A stretch of 32,797 nucleotides of DNA from Pseudomonadota bacterium (GTDB taxonomy: Bacteria > Pseudomonadota > Alphaproteobacteria > Rhizobiales > CALHAX01): NCBI GenBank assembly GCA_038523655.1, contig JBCBJG010000003.1, forward strand, positions 1-32,797. Direction: 5' to 3'. The translations under genes were made by a program, and so were the position numbers. Position 1 is the first letter of the stretch, and each line of letters begins with the position of its first letter. Shown here piece after piece: positions 17,917 to 26,959 of this stretch. The notes below the pieces were generated by a model. It was not told the origin of the DNA. It worked only from the letters and a program-made list of their open reading frames with translations, and made no database searches.

Positions 17917-19251
17917 CTACCCGAGAACGAAATGCATCCGGTCGAACGTTTGGCGCCAGGCGGCGACCTCGTCGGCCACATCTGCAGGCTGTGCACTTCG
18001 CAGCGCGCGCGCAATCAGCTCCGCCATCTGCGGTGCGTCAGCAGGCGTAACCCCGATCCGCGCGAGTTCCGGCGTGCCGATGCGCAGTCCATTCATGTCG
18101 CCTGCAACCGGCGCGATCGGCAATCCGATACCGCACGCGAGGAAGCCTGCCTTGCGCAGATGGCGCGACGCTGCCTGCCCACCGCCAAACGCGGCCGCCT
18201 CAAGCGCGAACTGGTGGGAGCGCGTGCGCACTCCGGCGGAGGAAAATACCGGTAACCCTTCTGCCGCCAGCGCGTCGGCGAGCGCAGCCGCGAGCGCGAT
18301 CATCGCTTCGGCATACGCCCGCCCGTGCACTTCCCAATCAAGCAGGCTCATTGCGAGCGCGGCTGATTTCGCGGCATCGAAGTTTGCGGTCATCCCAGGA
18401 AACGCGATGCTGTCAAGCCGCTCGGCGAGCGCGGCATCGTTGGTGACGATCAACCCGCCGGCCGGTCCGCCGAGGCTCTTGTAGGTGCTCATCGTCATGA
18501 GGTCGGCGCCGTCGGCAAGCGGGTTGGGCCAGGCCCGGCCGGCGATCAATCCGCACTGGTGCGCGGCATCGAACAAGACGCGGGCATCGTGTGCGCGAGC
18601 GATCGCCACGATCTCGCGCACCGGATGTGGCGTCAGATTTAAACTCCCTCCAATGGTGATCAGCCGCGGGTTCACCCGCGCAGCCAGCGCTGCAAGACCG
18701 TCCAGGTCCACGGTGTAACCGTCGTCCGCGACCGGTGCCTCGTGAATTTCTAGCCCGAACAAGCCCGCGCAGCCCGCGTCGTGATGCGTCACATGTCCGC
18801 CGATCGTGGCAGGCGGAACAATCACGGCATCGCCCGGCGCGCATGTCGCCATAAACGCGTAGAGGTTCGCGAGCGCACCCGATGCCACGCGGATCTCGGC
18901 GAACTGCGCATCAAAAGTCCGCGCCGCCAGCGCAGCCGCAACGACCTCGATTTCCTCGATCGCCTCGAGCCCCATTTCGTATTTCGCGCCAGGATACCCA
19001 AGCGAGGGGCGCGATCCGAGCTTGGCGCTGAGCAGCGCTTCGGCCCGGGCGTTCATCACGTTTGTCGCCGGGTTGAGATTGAAACACTGCGCTGAATGGA
19101 TCGTGTCGTTAAGCGCCACGAGGTCGTGGAGCTGCCCGGCGATCGCCTCCGCCCCACCTGTGTCGAGCGCACCAAGACACTCGGTGGCGAGCGCCTGCAC
19201 GCGCGCTTCGCTTTCGCTCGGCACCCATTCCCGTCGCGCGAGCATCGCCAT
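17917..19251 (-). CDS. Divergent serine hydroxymethyltransferase-family PLP enzyme
   Basis: 'GYPGAKYEMG', 'GGHVTH', 'FDAAH', PLP-lysine motif 'STYKSLGGPAGGLI' and 'GLRIGTPE'. GGGAGGA RBS. Confidence 0.88.
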   Translation of the reverse strand: MAMLARREWVPSESEARVQALATECLGALDTGGAEAIAGQLHDLVALNDTIHSAQCFNLNPATNVMNARAEALLSAKLGSRPSLGYPGAKYEMGLEAIEEIEVVAAALAARTFDAQFAEIRVASGALANLYAFMATCAPGDAVIVPPATIGGHVTHHDAGCAGLFGLEIHEAPVADDGYTVDLDGLAALAARVNPRLITIGGSLNLTPHPVREIVAIARAHDARVLFDAAHQCGLIAGRAWPNPLADGADLMTMSTYKSLGGPAGGLIVTNDAALAERLDSIAFPGMTANFDAAKSAALAMSLLDWEVHGRAYAEAMIALAAALADALAAEGLPVFSSAGVRTRSHQFALEAAAFGGGQAASRHLRKAGFLACGIGLPIAPVAGDMNGLRIGTPELARIGVTPADAPQMAELIARALRSAQPADVADEVAAWRQTFDRMHFVLG

Positions 19252-19270
19252 CGGCCTGTCCTCCCATGCG

Positions 19271-19297
19271 AAAAAAGTCCGCGCGTCTAACGCGGAC
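19271..19297 (-). terminator. Rho-independent terminator-like hairpin between ubiB and the SHMT-like gene
   Basis: Minus strand GTCCGCG-ttagacg-CGCGGAC-TTTTTT. Confidence 0.6.
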
Positions 19298-19312
19298 GCG
19301 GATGGCGGGCAA
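19284..19312 (-). promoter_or_regulatory. Putative sigma-70 promoter of the SHMT-like gene
   Basis: Minus strand TTGCCC-N17-TAGACG, with the -10 hexamer ending about 32 nt before ATG 19251. Resembles alphaproteobacterial housekeeping promoters. Confidence 0.45.
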
Positions 19313-19408
19313 GCGCTCTTCGGGAGGAACAGAGGGGAAAGGGTGTAGGTGGCGGCCGGCGAACGTCAGGGCCGCGCCGGGCAAAAGGGCGGCGCCGCGC
19401 GCTGCGCG

Positions 19409-21025
19409 CTAGAGCACCTGCCCGACTGCGAGCACGATGAGCGCAAGAGCACCGGCCCACACACCGGCGTGCAGCCAGCGCTCCCGCCCGACCTGTTCGC
19501 GCGCGAGTTGGCGGACCGTCGCATCATCGAGGCGGATGCCGTCTCGGGCCATGTTGGCGAAACGCTCTGCCGTCTGCTCGGCCCGTACGAGGATGCCCGG
19601 CAGCTCGCCAACAAACTTGCCGACATCGCCCGCGCCCTTGCGCGCTTCCTTGAGCAGTCCGGCCGGCCCGAGCTCTCGCTCGATCCAGTCCCGCACGATC
19701 GGCTCGGCGGTGGTCCAGATGTTGAGTTTCGGGTCGAGCGTTCGCGCGACACCTTCGACCACGACCATCGTCTTCTGGAGCATAATAAGCTCCGGCCGCG
19801 TCTCCATGTCGAAGAGCTCGGTATAGACAAAGAGCTGGCCCAGCAGGTGGCCCATGGAGATATCCTCCGCCGGCCGGTCCATGATTGGCTCGCCGATCGC
19901 GCGAAGCGCCTGGGCAAAGACGTCGATCGAGTGATGCTCCGGCACGTAGCCCGCCCAGAAGTGCACCTCGGCGGCGCGGCGATAATTCTGGGTGATGAAG
20001 CCGAACAGGATCTCCGCGAGAAACCGCTGCTCGCGGCCCGTCAGTCGGCCCATGATCCCGAAATCGATCAGGACGACCTTGCCGTTGTTGTCGATCAGGA
20101 TGTTTCCCTGATGCATGTCGGCGTGAAAAAATCCGTCACGCATGGCATGGCGCAGAAAGGTTCGGATAATCTCCGTGCCGAGTGCCGTGAGATCGAACCC
20201 GCGGGCACGGAGCGCCTCGAGATCGCTGACCGGCACACCGTCGATCCATTCGATCGTCAAAACCCGCTTGGACGTGCGCTGCCAGTCGATGTCGGGCAGC
20301 CGAAAATTCTCATCATCCGCCGTATTGCTCGCCATTTCCGAAATGGCAGCCGCTTCCATCCGCAAGTCCATCTCGAGTTCGGTCGACTCCGCGATGGTAT
20401 CGACGACCAGCGTGGGTTTGAGCCGGCGCGACGGCGGATAGATCGCTTCGAGCGTGCGCGCGGCAAGAGAGAACGAAGAGAGGTCGCGTTTGAAGCGCCG
20501 TTCCACACCGGGGCGGAGGATTTTAACGGCGACGTCGCGCGCGGGCCTGCCAGCGGCCGGATCGCCATCGAGGCGACCACCGACGCGACCTTTGTGCACT
20601 TGCGCGATGGAGGCAGCGGCAACCGGCGGGCCAAGCTCGGCATAGAGCGTATCGACCGGGTGGCCGAACTCCTCCCGGATCACCCGGTGGGCGCGGGCAT
20701 CGGGAAACGGAGGGAGGCGGTCTTGCAGCGACGCAAGATCGCCCGCGAGATCCTGTCCAATGAGATCGGGGCGCGCAGCGAGAAACTGCCCGGCCTTGAT
20801 GTAGCTCGGCCCGAGCCGGGTGAACGCCGCCGCGATTGGCGCGGTCCCGCGCGCAGAGGCCGGCGCGAACGCACGCCCGATAACGCGGACCGGCCACGTC
20901 ACCCAACTGCCGAGCCGCACTAGCAACGGAACCGGCGTGCCAGGAGGGAAAAACCGCACACCGTGCTGCGCCAGCACGAAACCGGCGCGCGCAAGATGCG
21001 CGAGACTTGCGATGGGGTTGGCCAT
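19409..21025 (-). CDS. ubiB: Ubiquinone biosynthesis kinase-like protein UbiB (ABC1 family)
   Basis: 'LGPSYIKAGQ', 'LQDRLPPF', 'AAASIAQVH', 'VAVKILRPG', 'DGFFHADMHQGN', 'IDFGIMG' and 'LQKTMVVVEG'. Start 21025 or 21034. Confidence 0.95.
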   Translation of the reverse strand: MANPIASLAHLARAGFVLAQHGVRFFPPGTPVPLLVRLGSWVTWPVRVIGRAFAPASARGTAPIAAAFTRLGPSYIKAGQFLAARPDLIGQDLAGDLASLQDRLPPFPDARAHRVIREEFGHPVDTLYAELGPPVAAASIAQVHKGRVGGRLDGDPAAGRPARDVAVKILRPGVERRFKRDLSSFSLAARTLEAIYPPSRRLKPTLVVDTIAESTELEMDLRMEAAAISEMASNTADDENFRLPDIDWQRTSKRVLTIEWIDGVPVSDLEALRARGFDLTALGTEIIRTFLRHAMRDGFFHADMHQGNILIDNNGKVVLIDFGIMGRLTGREQRFLAEILFGFITQNYRRAAEVHFWAGYVPEHHSIDVFAQALRAIGEPIMDRPAEDISMGHLLGQLFVYTELFDMETRPELIMLQKTMVVVEGVARTLDPKLNIWTTAEPIVRDWIERELGPAGLLKEARKGAGDVGKFVGELPGILVRAEQTAERFANMARDGIRLDDATVRQLAREQVGRERWLHAGVWAGALALIVLAVGQVL

Positions 21026-21079
21026 AGCGCTCATGTAGGCGATTTGCGGACCGCGCAAAACGTCTGGCGCGTGAAGAGG

Positions 21080-22111
21080 TTACGCGCCAGCGCCGCCCGT
21101 CGATCGCTGGCTTGCGCGCAGGCAGATGTAATCGACGAGCAACATCGCCGCGGCGAGGGCTGTGATCTGGCTCTGGTCGTAGGGCTGCGACACCTCGACG
21201 AGGTCCATCCCGACGAACGCGACATCCCCGAGGCCTTGAAGCAGCTTGCGCGCCTGCCAGGTCGCAAGGCCACCGCAGACGGGGGTCCCGGTACCGGGCG
21301 CAAACGCCGGATCGAGGCAGTCAATGTCGAAGGTCAGGTAGGCGGGGCCGCCGCCGATCACCGACGTCGCCTCGGCGAGGACATCGTCGATACCCCGCGC
21401 ATGGACAGCATCGGCATCGATGATCGTCAGCCCGTGGGTTTCCGGATTGCCGGTGCGGATGCCGATCTGAACCGATCGCGACGCATCGATGATGCCTTCG
21501 TGCACCGCGTGGAAGAACATCGTGCCGTGATCGATCCTCTTTTCATCCTCGCGCCAGGTGTCGGAATGCGCATCGAACTGGACGAGCGCCAACGGGCCGT
21601 GCTTCGCCGCGTGCGCCTTGAGCAGCGGATAGGTGATGAAGTGGTCGCCGCCGAGGGTGACGAGCGAGGCATTGGTTTCAATCAGCTTGCGGGCGTGCGC
21701 TTCGATGACCTCGGGCGCTTTTTCCGGCGCGCCGAAGTCGAAAGCCATGTCGCCCCAGTCGACCACCGCAAAATCGTCGAGCGAATTCGCCGGCCATGGC
21801 CAGAGCCCGCCGGGCCAAGCCATCTGCGCACTCGCCTCTCTGATTGCACGCGGGCCGAACCGAGTGCCCGGCCGGTTCGTGACGGCGAGATCGTACGGCA
21901 CGCCGCTGACCACGACGTCCGCTCCCGTCGCATCCTTGGTGTACGGTCGGCGCAGGAAGCTCAGCGCGCCGGCAAACGCCCCTTCTTCGCTCATGCCGTA
22001 GGGTGATCGGCTCGCGAACGCCCGATCGATATCTTCGGTGCCGCTATCTTCGTTGCCGCTGTTTGGGGTACCGGCGTCCTGCGTCGTCGTCCCCTCAGCC
22101 CCGTCGGTCAT
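21080..22111 (-). CDS. speB: Agmatinase (ureohydrolase family)
   Basis: 'RPGTRFGPRAIR', 'LGGDHFIT', 'FDAHSDTW', 'DHGTMF', 'TFDIDCLDPAFAPGTGTP' and 'DLVEVS'. The substrate is inferred from motifs and the polyamine-related neighbourhood. Confidence 0.88.
   Translation of the reverse strand: MTDGAEGTTTQDAGTPNSGNEDSGTEDIDRAFASRSPYGMSEEGAFAGALSFLRRPYTKDATGADVVVSGVPYDLAVTNRPGTRFGPRAIREASAQMAWPGGLWPWPANSLDDFAVVDWGDMAFDFGAPEKAPEVIEAHARKLIETNASLVTLGGDHFITYPLLKAHAAKHGPLALVQFDAHSDTWREDEKRIDHGTMFFHAVHEGIIDASRSVQIGIRTGNPETHGLTIIDADAVHARGIDDVLAEATSVIGGGPAYLTFDIDCLDPAFAPGTGTPVCGGLATWQARKLLQGLGDVAFVGMDLVEVSQPYDQSQITALAAAMLLVDYICLRASQRSTGGAGA
22031..22060 (-). repeat. 15-bp tandem duplication in the speB N-terminal extension (SGNED SGTED)
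   Basis: On the plus strand ATCTTCGGTGCCGCT is followed by ATCTTCGTTGCCGCT, one mismatch. Confidence 0.85.
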
Positions 22112-22210
22112 GGTCGTTTCCCGGTTGCGCATGCGGACCCGCGCCGCGAATCACCGCTCGTATGCGATGATGCTCGCTGTGGCGCAATGTCAGGGCCGAG
22201 GGAGCTGCGC

Positions 22211-23641
22211 GTGAGCCGAACGATCTATCCTGTGATCCTTGTCGGCGGCCGTGGCGCGCGCCTCTGGCCGATGTCGCGAGAGAGCCTGCCGAAAGTCTTC
22301 CAGAACCTCGCGACCGACCAGAGCCTTCTTCAGGACACGGCCACCCGCCTGCGCGGCATGAAGCAGCTTGGCGCACCGATCGTGGTTTGTAATCACGAGC
22401 ACACGTTGCTCGTCGCCGAGCAGCTGAGTGCGTTCCGTGACCTGACGATCCTCGCCGAACCGGTCCGGCGGAACACGGCGCCCGCGGTCGTCGCGTCGGC
22501 CGCCTTCATCCAGCGCTTCGCCCCGGACGCACTTATGCTGGTGCTGCCCGCCGATCATGTGATCACCAAGCCGGAGGCTTTTCAGCGCGCGATCGAGCAA
22601 GCGGCAGTCGTTGCGGACACCGGCCGCCTCGTCACCTTCGGCATCGAGCCCACCGAGCCGGAAACCGAGTACGGATACATCAAGGCCGGCGCCTCGATCC
22701 CCGAGGTCGACGATGCGCGCGAGATCGCACGGTTTGTCGAAAAGCCGGACCGCGCACGCGCGCAAGCTCTGCTGGCGGAGGGGGATCATTACTGGAATTC
22801 CGGGATGTTCGTCTTTCCCGTCCGCGCGTTCCTCGACGAAGTCCGCACCCACGCGAGCGATGTGGTCGCTGCCGCCGCACCGGCAGTACCGCTCGGTGCA
22901 GAGCTCGGCGGCATCCACCACCTCGACGAGAAGACGTTCGCGCGCGCCCCGTCGATTTCGGTAGACTATGCGGTTATGGAACAGACCACCCGCTCCGCCA
23001 CCGTTCCCTGCGCGATTGGCTGGAGCGACGTCGGCAACTGGCAGGCGATCTGGGAGCTCGGCAGCAAGGACACCGACGGTAACGTGCTCGTCGGTGATGC
23101 GGTGTCGCAGGAAAATTCAAACTCCTTCCTGCGCAGCGACGGCCCGCTCGTCGTCGGGATAGGGCTGGAGGACACGATTGTGGTGGCCACCCCGGACGCG
23201 GTTCTCGTCGGTGCGCAACGGGAGATCAAAACCGTAAATCGGGCGGTGGACCGCCTGCTTGCGGAAAAACGCCGCCAGGCCGAACGCCATCTGCGCGCGC
23301 ATCGCCCGTGGGGCTATTGCGAGACGATCCAGCGTGGACCGCGGTTTCAGGTCCAGCGGTTGCGGATCAATCCGGGCGCGCGCCTGTCGCTTCAGAAACA
23401 CTATCACCGCGCGGAGCACTGGGTCATCGTCGAGGGCAGTGGTCTTGTGACACGCGACGGAGAAGAAATGCTGCTGTCGGAAAACGAGGCGACCTATATC
23501 CCGCTCGGCACGCTGCATCGCATCGCCAACCCGGGCAACGTTCCCCTCACGTTGATCGAGACGCAGTACGGCTCATATCTCGACGAAGACGATGTCGTTC
23601 GGATCGAGGATGATTATGGCCGCGCCGATATCGCCGACTGA
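22211..23641 (+). CDS. manC: Mannose-1-phosphate guanylyltransferase / mannose-6-phosphate isomerase
   Basis: GAGGGAG RBS before GTG 22211. 'PVILVGGRGARLWPMSR', 'EPVRRNTAPA', 'PADH', 'FVEKP', 'WNSGMF', 'SVDYAVME', 'GWSDVG' and the cupin 'LSLQKHYHRAEHW'. Confidence 0.95.
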   Translation: MSRTIYPVILVGGRGARLWPMSRESLPKVFQNLATDQSLLQDTATRLRGMKQLGAPIVVCNHEHTLLVAEQLSAFRDLTILAEPVRRNTAPAVVASAAFIQRFAPDALMLVLPADHVITKPEAFQRAIEQAAVVADTGRLVTFGIEPTEPETEYGYIKAGASIPEVDDAREIARFVEKPDRARAQALLAEGDHYWNSGMFVFPVRAFLDEVRTHASDVVAAAAPAVPLGAELGGIHHLDEKTFARAPSISVDYAVMEQTTRSATVPCAIGWSDVGNWQAIWELGSKDTDGNVLVGDAVSQENSNSFLRSDGPLVVGIGLEDTIVVATPDAVLVGAQREIKTVNRAVDRLLAEKRRQAERHLRAHRPWGYCETIQRGPRFQVQRLRINPGARLSLQKHYHRAEHWVIVEGSGLVTRDGEEMLLSENEATYIPLGTLHRIANPGNVPLTLIETQYGSYLDEDDVVRIEDDYGRADIAD

Positions 23642-23933
23642 TCCTGACGCGAAAGGATCGCCGACGGCGGAGGAAATTTCCGCTGTGATCCTTGCGTTGA
23701 CGCGCACACGCGGGCCGGAAAAATCGATCTGCCCGTCAGAGGCGGCGCGGGCACTGGTATCCCATGGCGCCGACGATGACGCGTGGCGCCCGCTGATGCC
23801 TGCCGTCCGGGCGCAAGCCGTCGTCCTCGCAAGAACGGGCGCGATAGAGATTACGCAGAAGGGGTCGCCGGTTCCGGATCTCGACGCGATTCGAGGCGCA
23901 ATCCGCCTCCGCCTTGCGCGCGACGATCGGTGA
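23616..23933 (+). CDS. DUF3253 domain-containing protein
   Basis: 'ILALTRTRGPEKSICPSEAARAL...WRPLMPAVR...IEITQKG...RGAIRLR'. GAGGA RBS; overlaps the end of manC by 26 nt. Confidence 0.88.
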   Translation: MAAPISPTDPDAKGSPTAEEISAVILALTRTRGPEKSICPSEAARALVSHGADDDAWRPLMPAVRAQAVVLARTGAIEITQKGSPVPDLDAIRGAIRLRLARDDR

Positions 23934-23990
23934 CCGACGCGTTCCATGTATCAATGAGCCAACGTGCGAAAAAACGATGCCCGCCTGCCT

Positions 23991-24557
23991 CTAGGCGTCG
24001 CCTGCCTTGGTTTTCTGCATGAACACGCCGGTGATACGCCAGACACCGTCGATCAAGCGCATCGAGTAATACGCATCGACATAGTCACCCGGCCCGCCGT
24101 CTATGAAGACCTTCTGTACGAGCGTCCCGTCGATATCGCGCAATCCTTTGAAGATGACCGAGCGCGCGTTGTGCACCTGCGGGTAATAGGTCCGCACCAT
24201 ACGCATGAAGCGTTCCTTAGACTCGAATTTCGACTGGATCGTCGGCGCCGCAATCGACCATGCGGTATCCGCATCCGCCTTCTTGAACGCTGTCAGTTGC
24301 TTCGAAATCGCCGCGCGGATGCCTTTTGACCGCGGATCGGTCGCGCCTTCGTCCGCATTCCCCGCGCTCGGAACGCCGGTGGTGGACTGTGCCAGGGCAG
24401 CTGCGGCAGCGCCTGAGATCGCCAGCGCCAATAGAGCACCCAGCGCGAGCAGAAGATGGTTGCCGGCAACCCGGATCGCGCGGGTCGTCTCGGCTTCATC
24501 GCGGCGCACGGCAATCGCTCGGCCGCGCGTGCGGTGAGGGGACAATGGGTGAGGCAT
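23991..24557 (-). CDS. DUF4864 domain-containing exported protein
   Basis: AGGAG RBS and a hydrophobic signal segment. 'IRAAISKQLTAFKKADADTAWSIAAPTIQSKF...FMRMVRTYYP...YSM...DGVWRITGV' matches the family. Confidence 0.85.
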   Translation of the reverse strand: MPHPLSPHRTRGRAIAVRRDEAETTRAIRVAGNHLLLALGALLALAISGAAAAALAQSTTGVPSAGNADEGATDPRSKGIRAAISKQLTAFKKADADTAWSIAAPTIQSKFESKERFMRMVRTYYPQVHNARSVIFKGLRDIDGTLVQKVFIDGGPGDYVDAYYSMRLIDGVWRITGVFMQKTKAGDA

Positions 24558-24667
24558 GGCGGGCTCCTGTCGCGGTTTAAACGGGTCACGATCAATGATA
24601 CGCACACGGGGTGCCACTGGCCCAAAGGGCGTTCTGAAGCATGCGCTCTGTATCGAGGTCGTCTCCA

Positions 24668-25471
24668 ATGCCGCTCCACATCGGGATCATCGAAACCGGT
24701 CGTCCACCGGAAGCACTCGGCGCCCGTCACGGAAGCTACCCGGACATGTTCGAGCGCCTGTTGACCACGGGCGCGGACGAAGCAGACGGCGCTCTGAGCT
24801 TTTCGACGTATGCCGCTCTGGATGGCGACGTGCCGAGCGATCCGGCCGGAGCGGACGCGTGGCTCATCACCGGCTCGAAGCATGGCGTTTACGAGCAGCT
24901 CGACTGGATGCATGCGCTCGAGGGTTTCATCCGCCATGTGGTCGACGCGCGCGTACCCGTGATCGGCATCTGCTTCGGTCATCAGATCGTCGCGACGGCG
25001 CTCGGCGGTCGGGTCGTCAAGTCTGATCGAGGCTGGGGCGTGGGGCACCACACCTACACGCTGAACGATGCGCCGGATTGGCTCGACGGCGATGAAGACG
25101 ACGGGCAACGCACCTGGCACATTAACGCAGTGCACCAGGATCAGGTCGTCGACGTTCCCAAGGGAGGCAAAGTGATCGGCAGGTCGGACTTCTGCCCCAA
25201 CGCGATCATCGCCTATGGAACGAGCGCATTCACCATGCAGCCGCACCCGGAGTTTGACGACGCCTTCAAACGCGATCTGCTCGAAGACCGCCTCCGCCCG
25301 ATCGTGCCGAGTGACCGGATCGCCGCCGCGCATGAAACGCTCGGCAACGCGCTGGATCGGGCGGCTGCGGCACGGGCGATTTTGAGCTTCATCGCCTATG
25401 CCCGCGCGCAGACGTCAGCGCACGCTGCGCGGCCGGAAGCGCCCACGCCGACCGCCCGCGAGGTCGCGTGA
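24668..25471 (+). CDS. Type 1 glutamine amidotransferase, probable gamma-glutamyl hydrolase
   Basis: 'IGIIETG', 'LITGSKHGVY', nucleophile 'GICFGHQ', 'HQDQV' and 'QPHPEF' (Cys-His-Glu triad). Confidence 0.9.
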   Translation: MPLHIGIIETGRPPEALGARHGSYPDMFERLLTTGADEADGALSFSTYAALDGDVPSDPAGADAWLITGSKHGVYEQLDWMHALEGFIRHVVDARVPVIGICFGHQIVATALGGRVVKSDRGWGVGHHTYTLNDAPDWLDGDEDDGQRTWHINAVHQDQVVDVPKGGKVIGRSDFCPNAIIAYGTSAFTMQPHPEFDDAFKRDLLEDRLRPIVPSDRIAAAHETLGNALDRAAAARAILSFIAYARAQTSAHAARPEAPTPTAREVA

Positions 25472-26913
25472 GCCGCGTTACACCCCTCACTCCGCCGCTC
25501 ACCGGTGCCGAGCAGAGCGATCTGGCGAAGGCGGTCGCCGGTCTTTCTCTCGCGGCCGATGCCGATCCCGCCGTGCGTCGCGCTGCGGCATCCGAATGGC
25601 TTCGTGCCCGGCGGATCGAGGAAGTTGAGTGCGTGGTGCCCGATCTGGCCGGGGTCGCTCGCGGCAAGGTCATGCCCGCGAACAAGTTTGCCGAGCTGGA
25701 ACCGTCTCACCTTCCGATCTCAATTTTCTTCCAGACGATCACCGGCGGATACATCGAAGGTAACGGAGACGAAGTCTACGCCGAGGGGGACCTCGATCTC
25801 CTCGCCGACCTGACAACCCTGCGGACGGTACCCTGGGCGAAGAGCCCGACCGCCCAGGTCATTCACGACCCGATGAAGCGCGACGGCTCTCCGCTCGAGT
25901 TTGCCCCGCGCAATGTGCTGCGCCGTGTGCTCGCGCTGTATGACGCCGAGGGTTGGAAGCCGGTCGTCGCGCCGGAACTCGAGTTCTATCTCACGCAGAA
26001 GAACACAGACCCCGACTACCCGCTCGAGCCGCCGATCGGCCGGTCGGGACGACCAGCCGCCAGCCGTCAATCCTACAGCATCAGCGCGGTCGACGAATTC
26101 GACGTGATCGTGGATGAAATTTACGACTTCGCCGAAGAGCAGGCGCTGGAGATCGACACGATCATCCAGGAGGGCGGCGCCTCACAGCTGGAGATAAATA
26201 TCCAGCACGGCGATCCTCTGCTGCTTGCCGATCAGGCCTTCCTATTCAAGCGCACGATCCGTGAAGCCGCGCTGCGCAACGACTGCCACGCCACGTTCAT
26301 GGCGAAGCCGATGGCGGACGAGCCGGGCAGTGCGCTCCACATCCACCAGAGCGTCGTCGATGCCGAGACCGGCCGCACCGTATTCTCGGACGCGGACGGC
26401 GAGGAGACACAGGCCTTTCGCCATCATCTGGGTGGCCTGCAGAGTTATCTCGCGGCCGCTATGTGCATTCTTGCGCCGTATGTGAATTCCTATCGCCGGC
26501 TGACGCCCGACAACGCCGCCCCCATAAATCTCGAATGGGGAGAGGATAATCGCAGCGCCGGGTTGCGGGTGCCGGTGTCCTCGCCGGCCGCCCGCCGCGT
26601 GGAAAATCGGATCGCCGGGGCCGACACCAACCCGTACCTCGCCATCGCCGTGACGCTGGCCTGCGGCTACCTCGGCATGCGCGATCGGATCGAGCCCCGC
26701 CAGCAGGTGAGTGGCAACGCATATCGCGCCGACCACGGCCTGCCGCGCGCGCTTCAGGAGGCGTTGCAACTCTTCGCTGCCTGTGCGCCCCTCCGTGAAG
26801 TGCTGGGAGAAGAATTCAGTGAGCTTTACCGCGACGTGAAGCTCGAGGAGTTCGAGGAATACATGCGGGTCATCAGCCCGTGGGAGCGCGAGCACCTGCT
26901 CCTCAGCGTGTAA
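25468..26913 (+). CDS. Glutamine synthetase-like gamma-glutamyl-amine ligase (PuuA/SpuB/PauA type)
   Basis: 'PDLAGVARGKVMP', 'VAPELEFYL', 'QLEIN', 'ATFMAKP', 'PGSALHIHQS', 'NSYRRL', 'RVENRIAGADTNPYLA' and 'ISPWEREHLL'. GTGA overlap with the upstream gene. Confidence 0.92.
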   Translation: MSRVTPLTPPLTGAEQSDLAKAVAGLSLAADADPAVRRAAASEWLRARRIEEVECVVPDLAGVARGKVMPANKFAELEPSHLPISIFFQTITGGYIEGNGDEVYAEGDLDLLADLTTLRTVPWAKSPTAQVIHDPMKRDGSPLEFAPRNVLRRVLALYDAEGWKPVVAPELEFYLTQKNTDPDYPLEPPIGRSGRPAASRQSYSISAVDEFDVIVDEIYDFAEEQALEIDTIIQEGGASQLEINIQHGDPLLLADQAFLFKRTIREAALRNDCHATFMAKPMADEPGSALHIHQSVVDAETGRTVFSDADGEETQAFRHHLGGLQSYLAAAMCILAPYVNSYRRLTPDNAAPINLEWGEDNRSAGLRVPVSSPAARRVENRIAGADTNPYLAIAVTLACGYLGMRDRIEPRQQVSGNAYRADHGLPRALQEALQLFAACAPLREVLGEEFSELYRDVKLEEFEEYMRVISPWEREHLLLSV

Positions 26914-26959
26914 ACGGGCCATTGGCCACCGGCGGCAGCCGAAGAATGGGAGAACTGCG

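Noticed and set aside
19252-19408. Glycine riboswitch ahead of the SHMT-like gene
   Set aside because: No GGAGA...CCGAAG...CUCUCAGG aptamer pattern, and the leader after the putative promoter is too short.
19349-20923. 524-aa plus-strand ORF
   Set aside because: Antisense shadow of ubiB, with no recognisable motifs. Such ORFs are expected in high-GC DNA.
21080-22111. Ni-dependent guanidine hydrolase rather than agmatinase
   Set aside because: It has the canonical DAHSD and DIDCLD motifs, and no hypAB-like maturation genes or guanidine riboswitch are visible.
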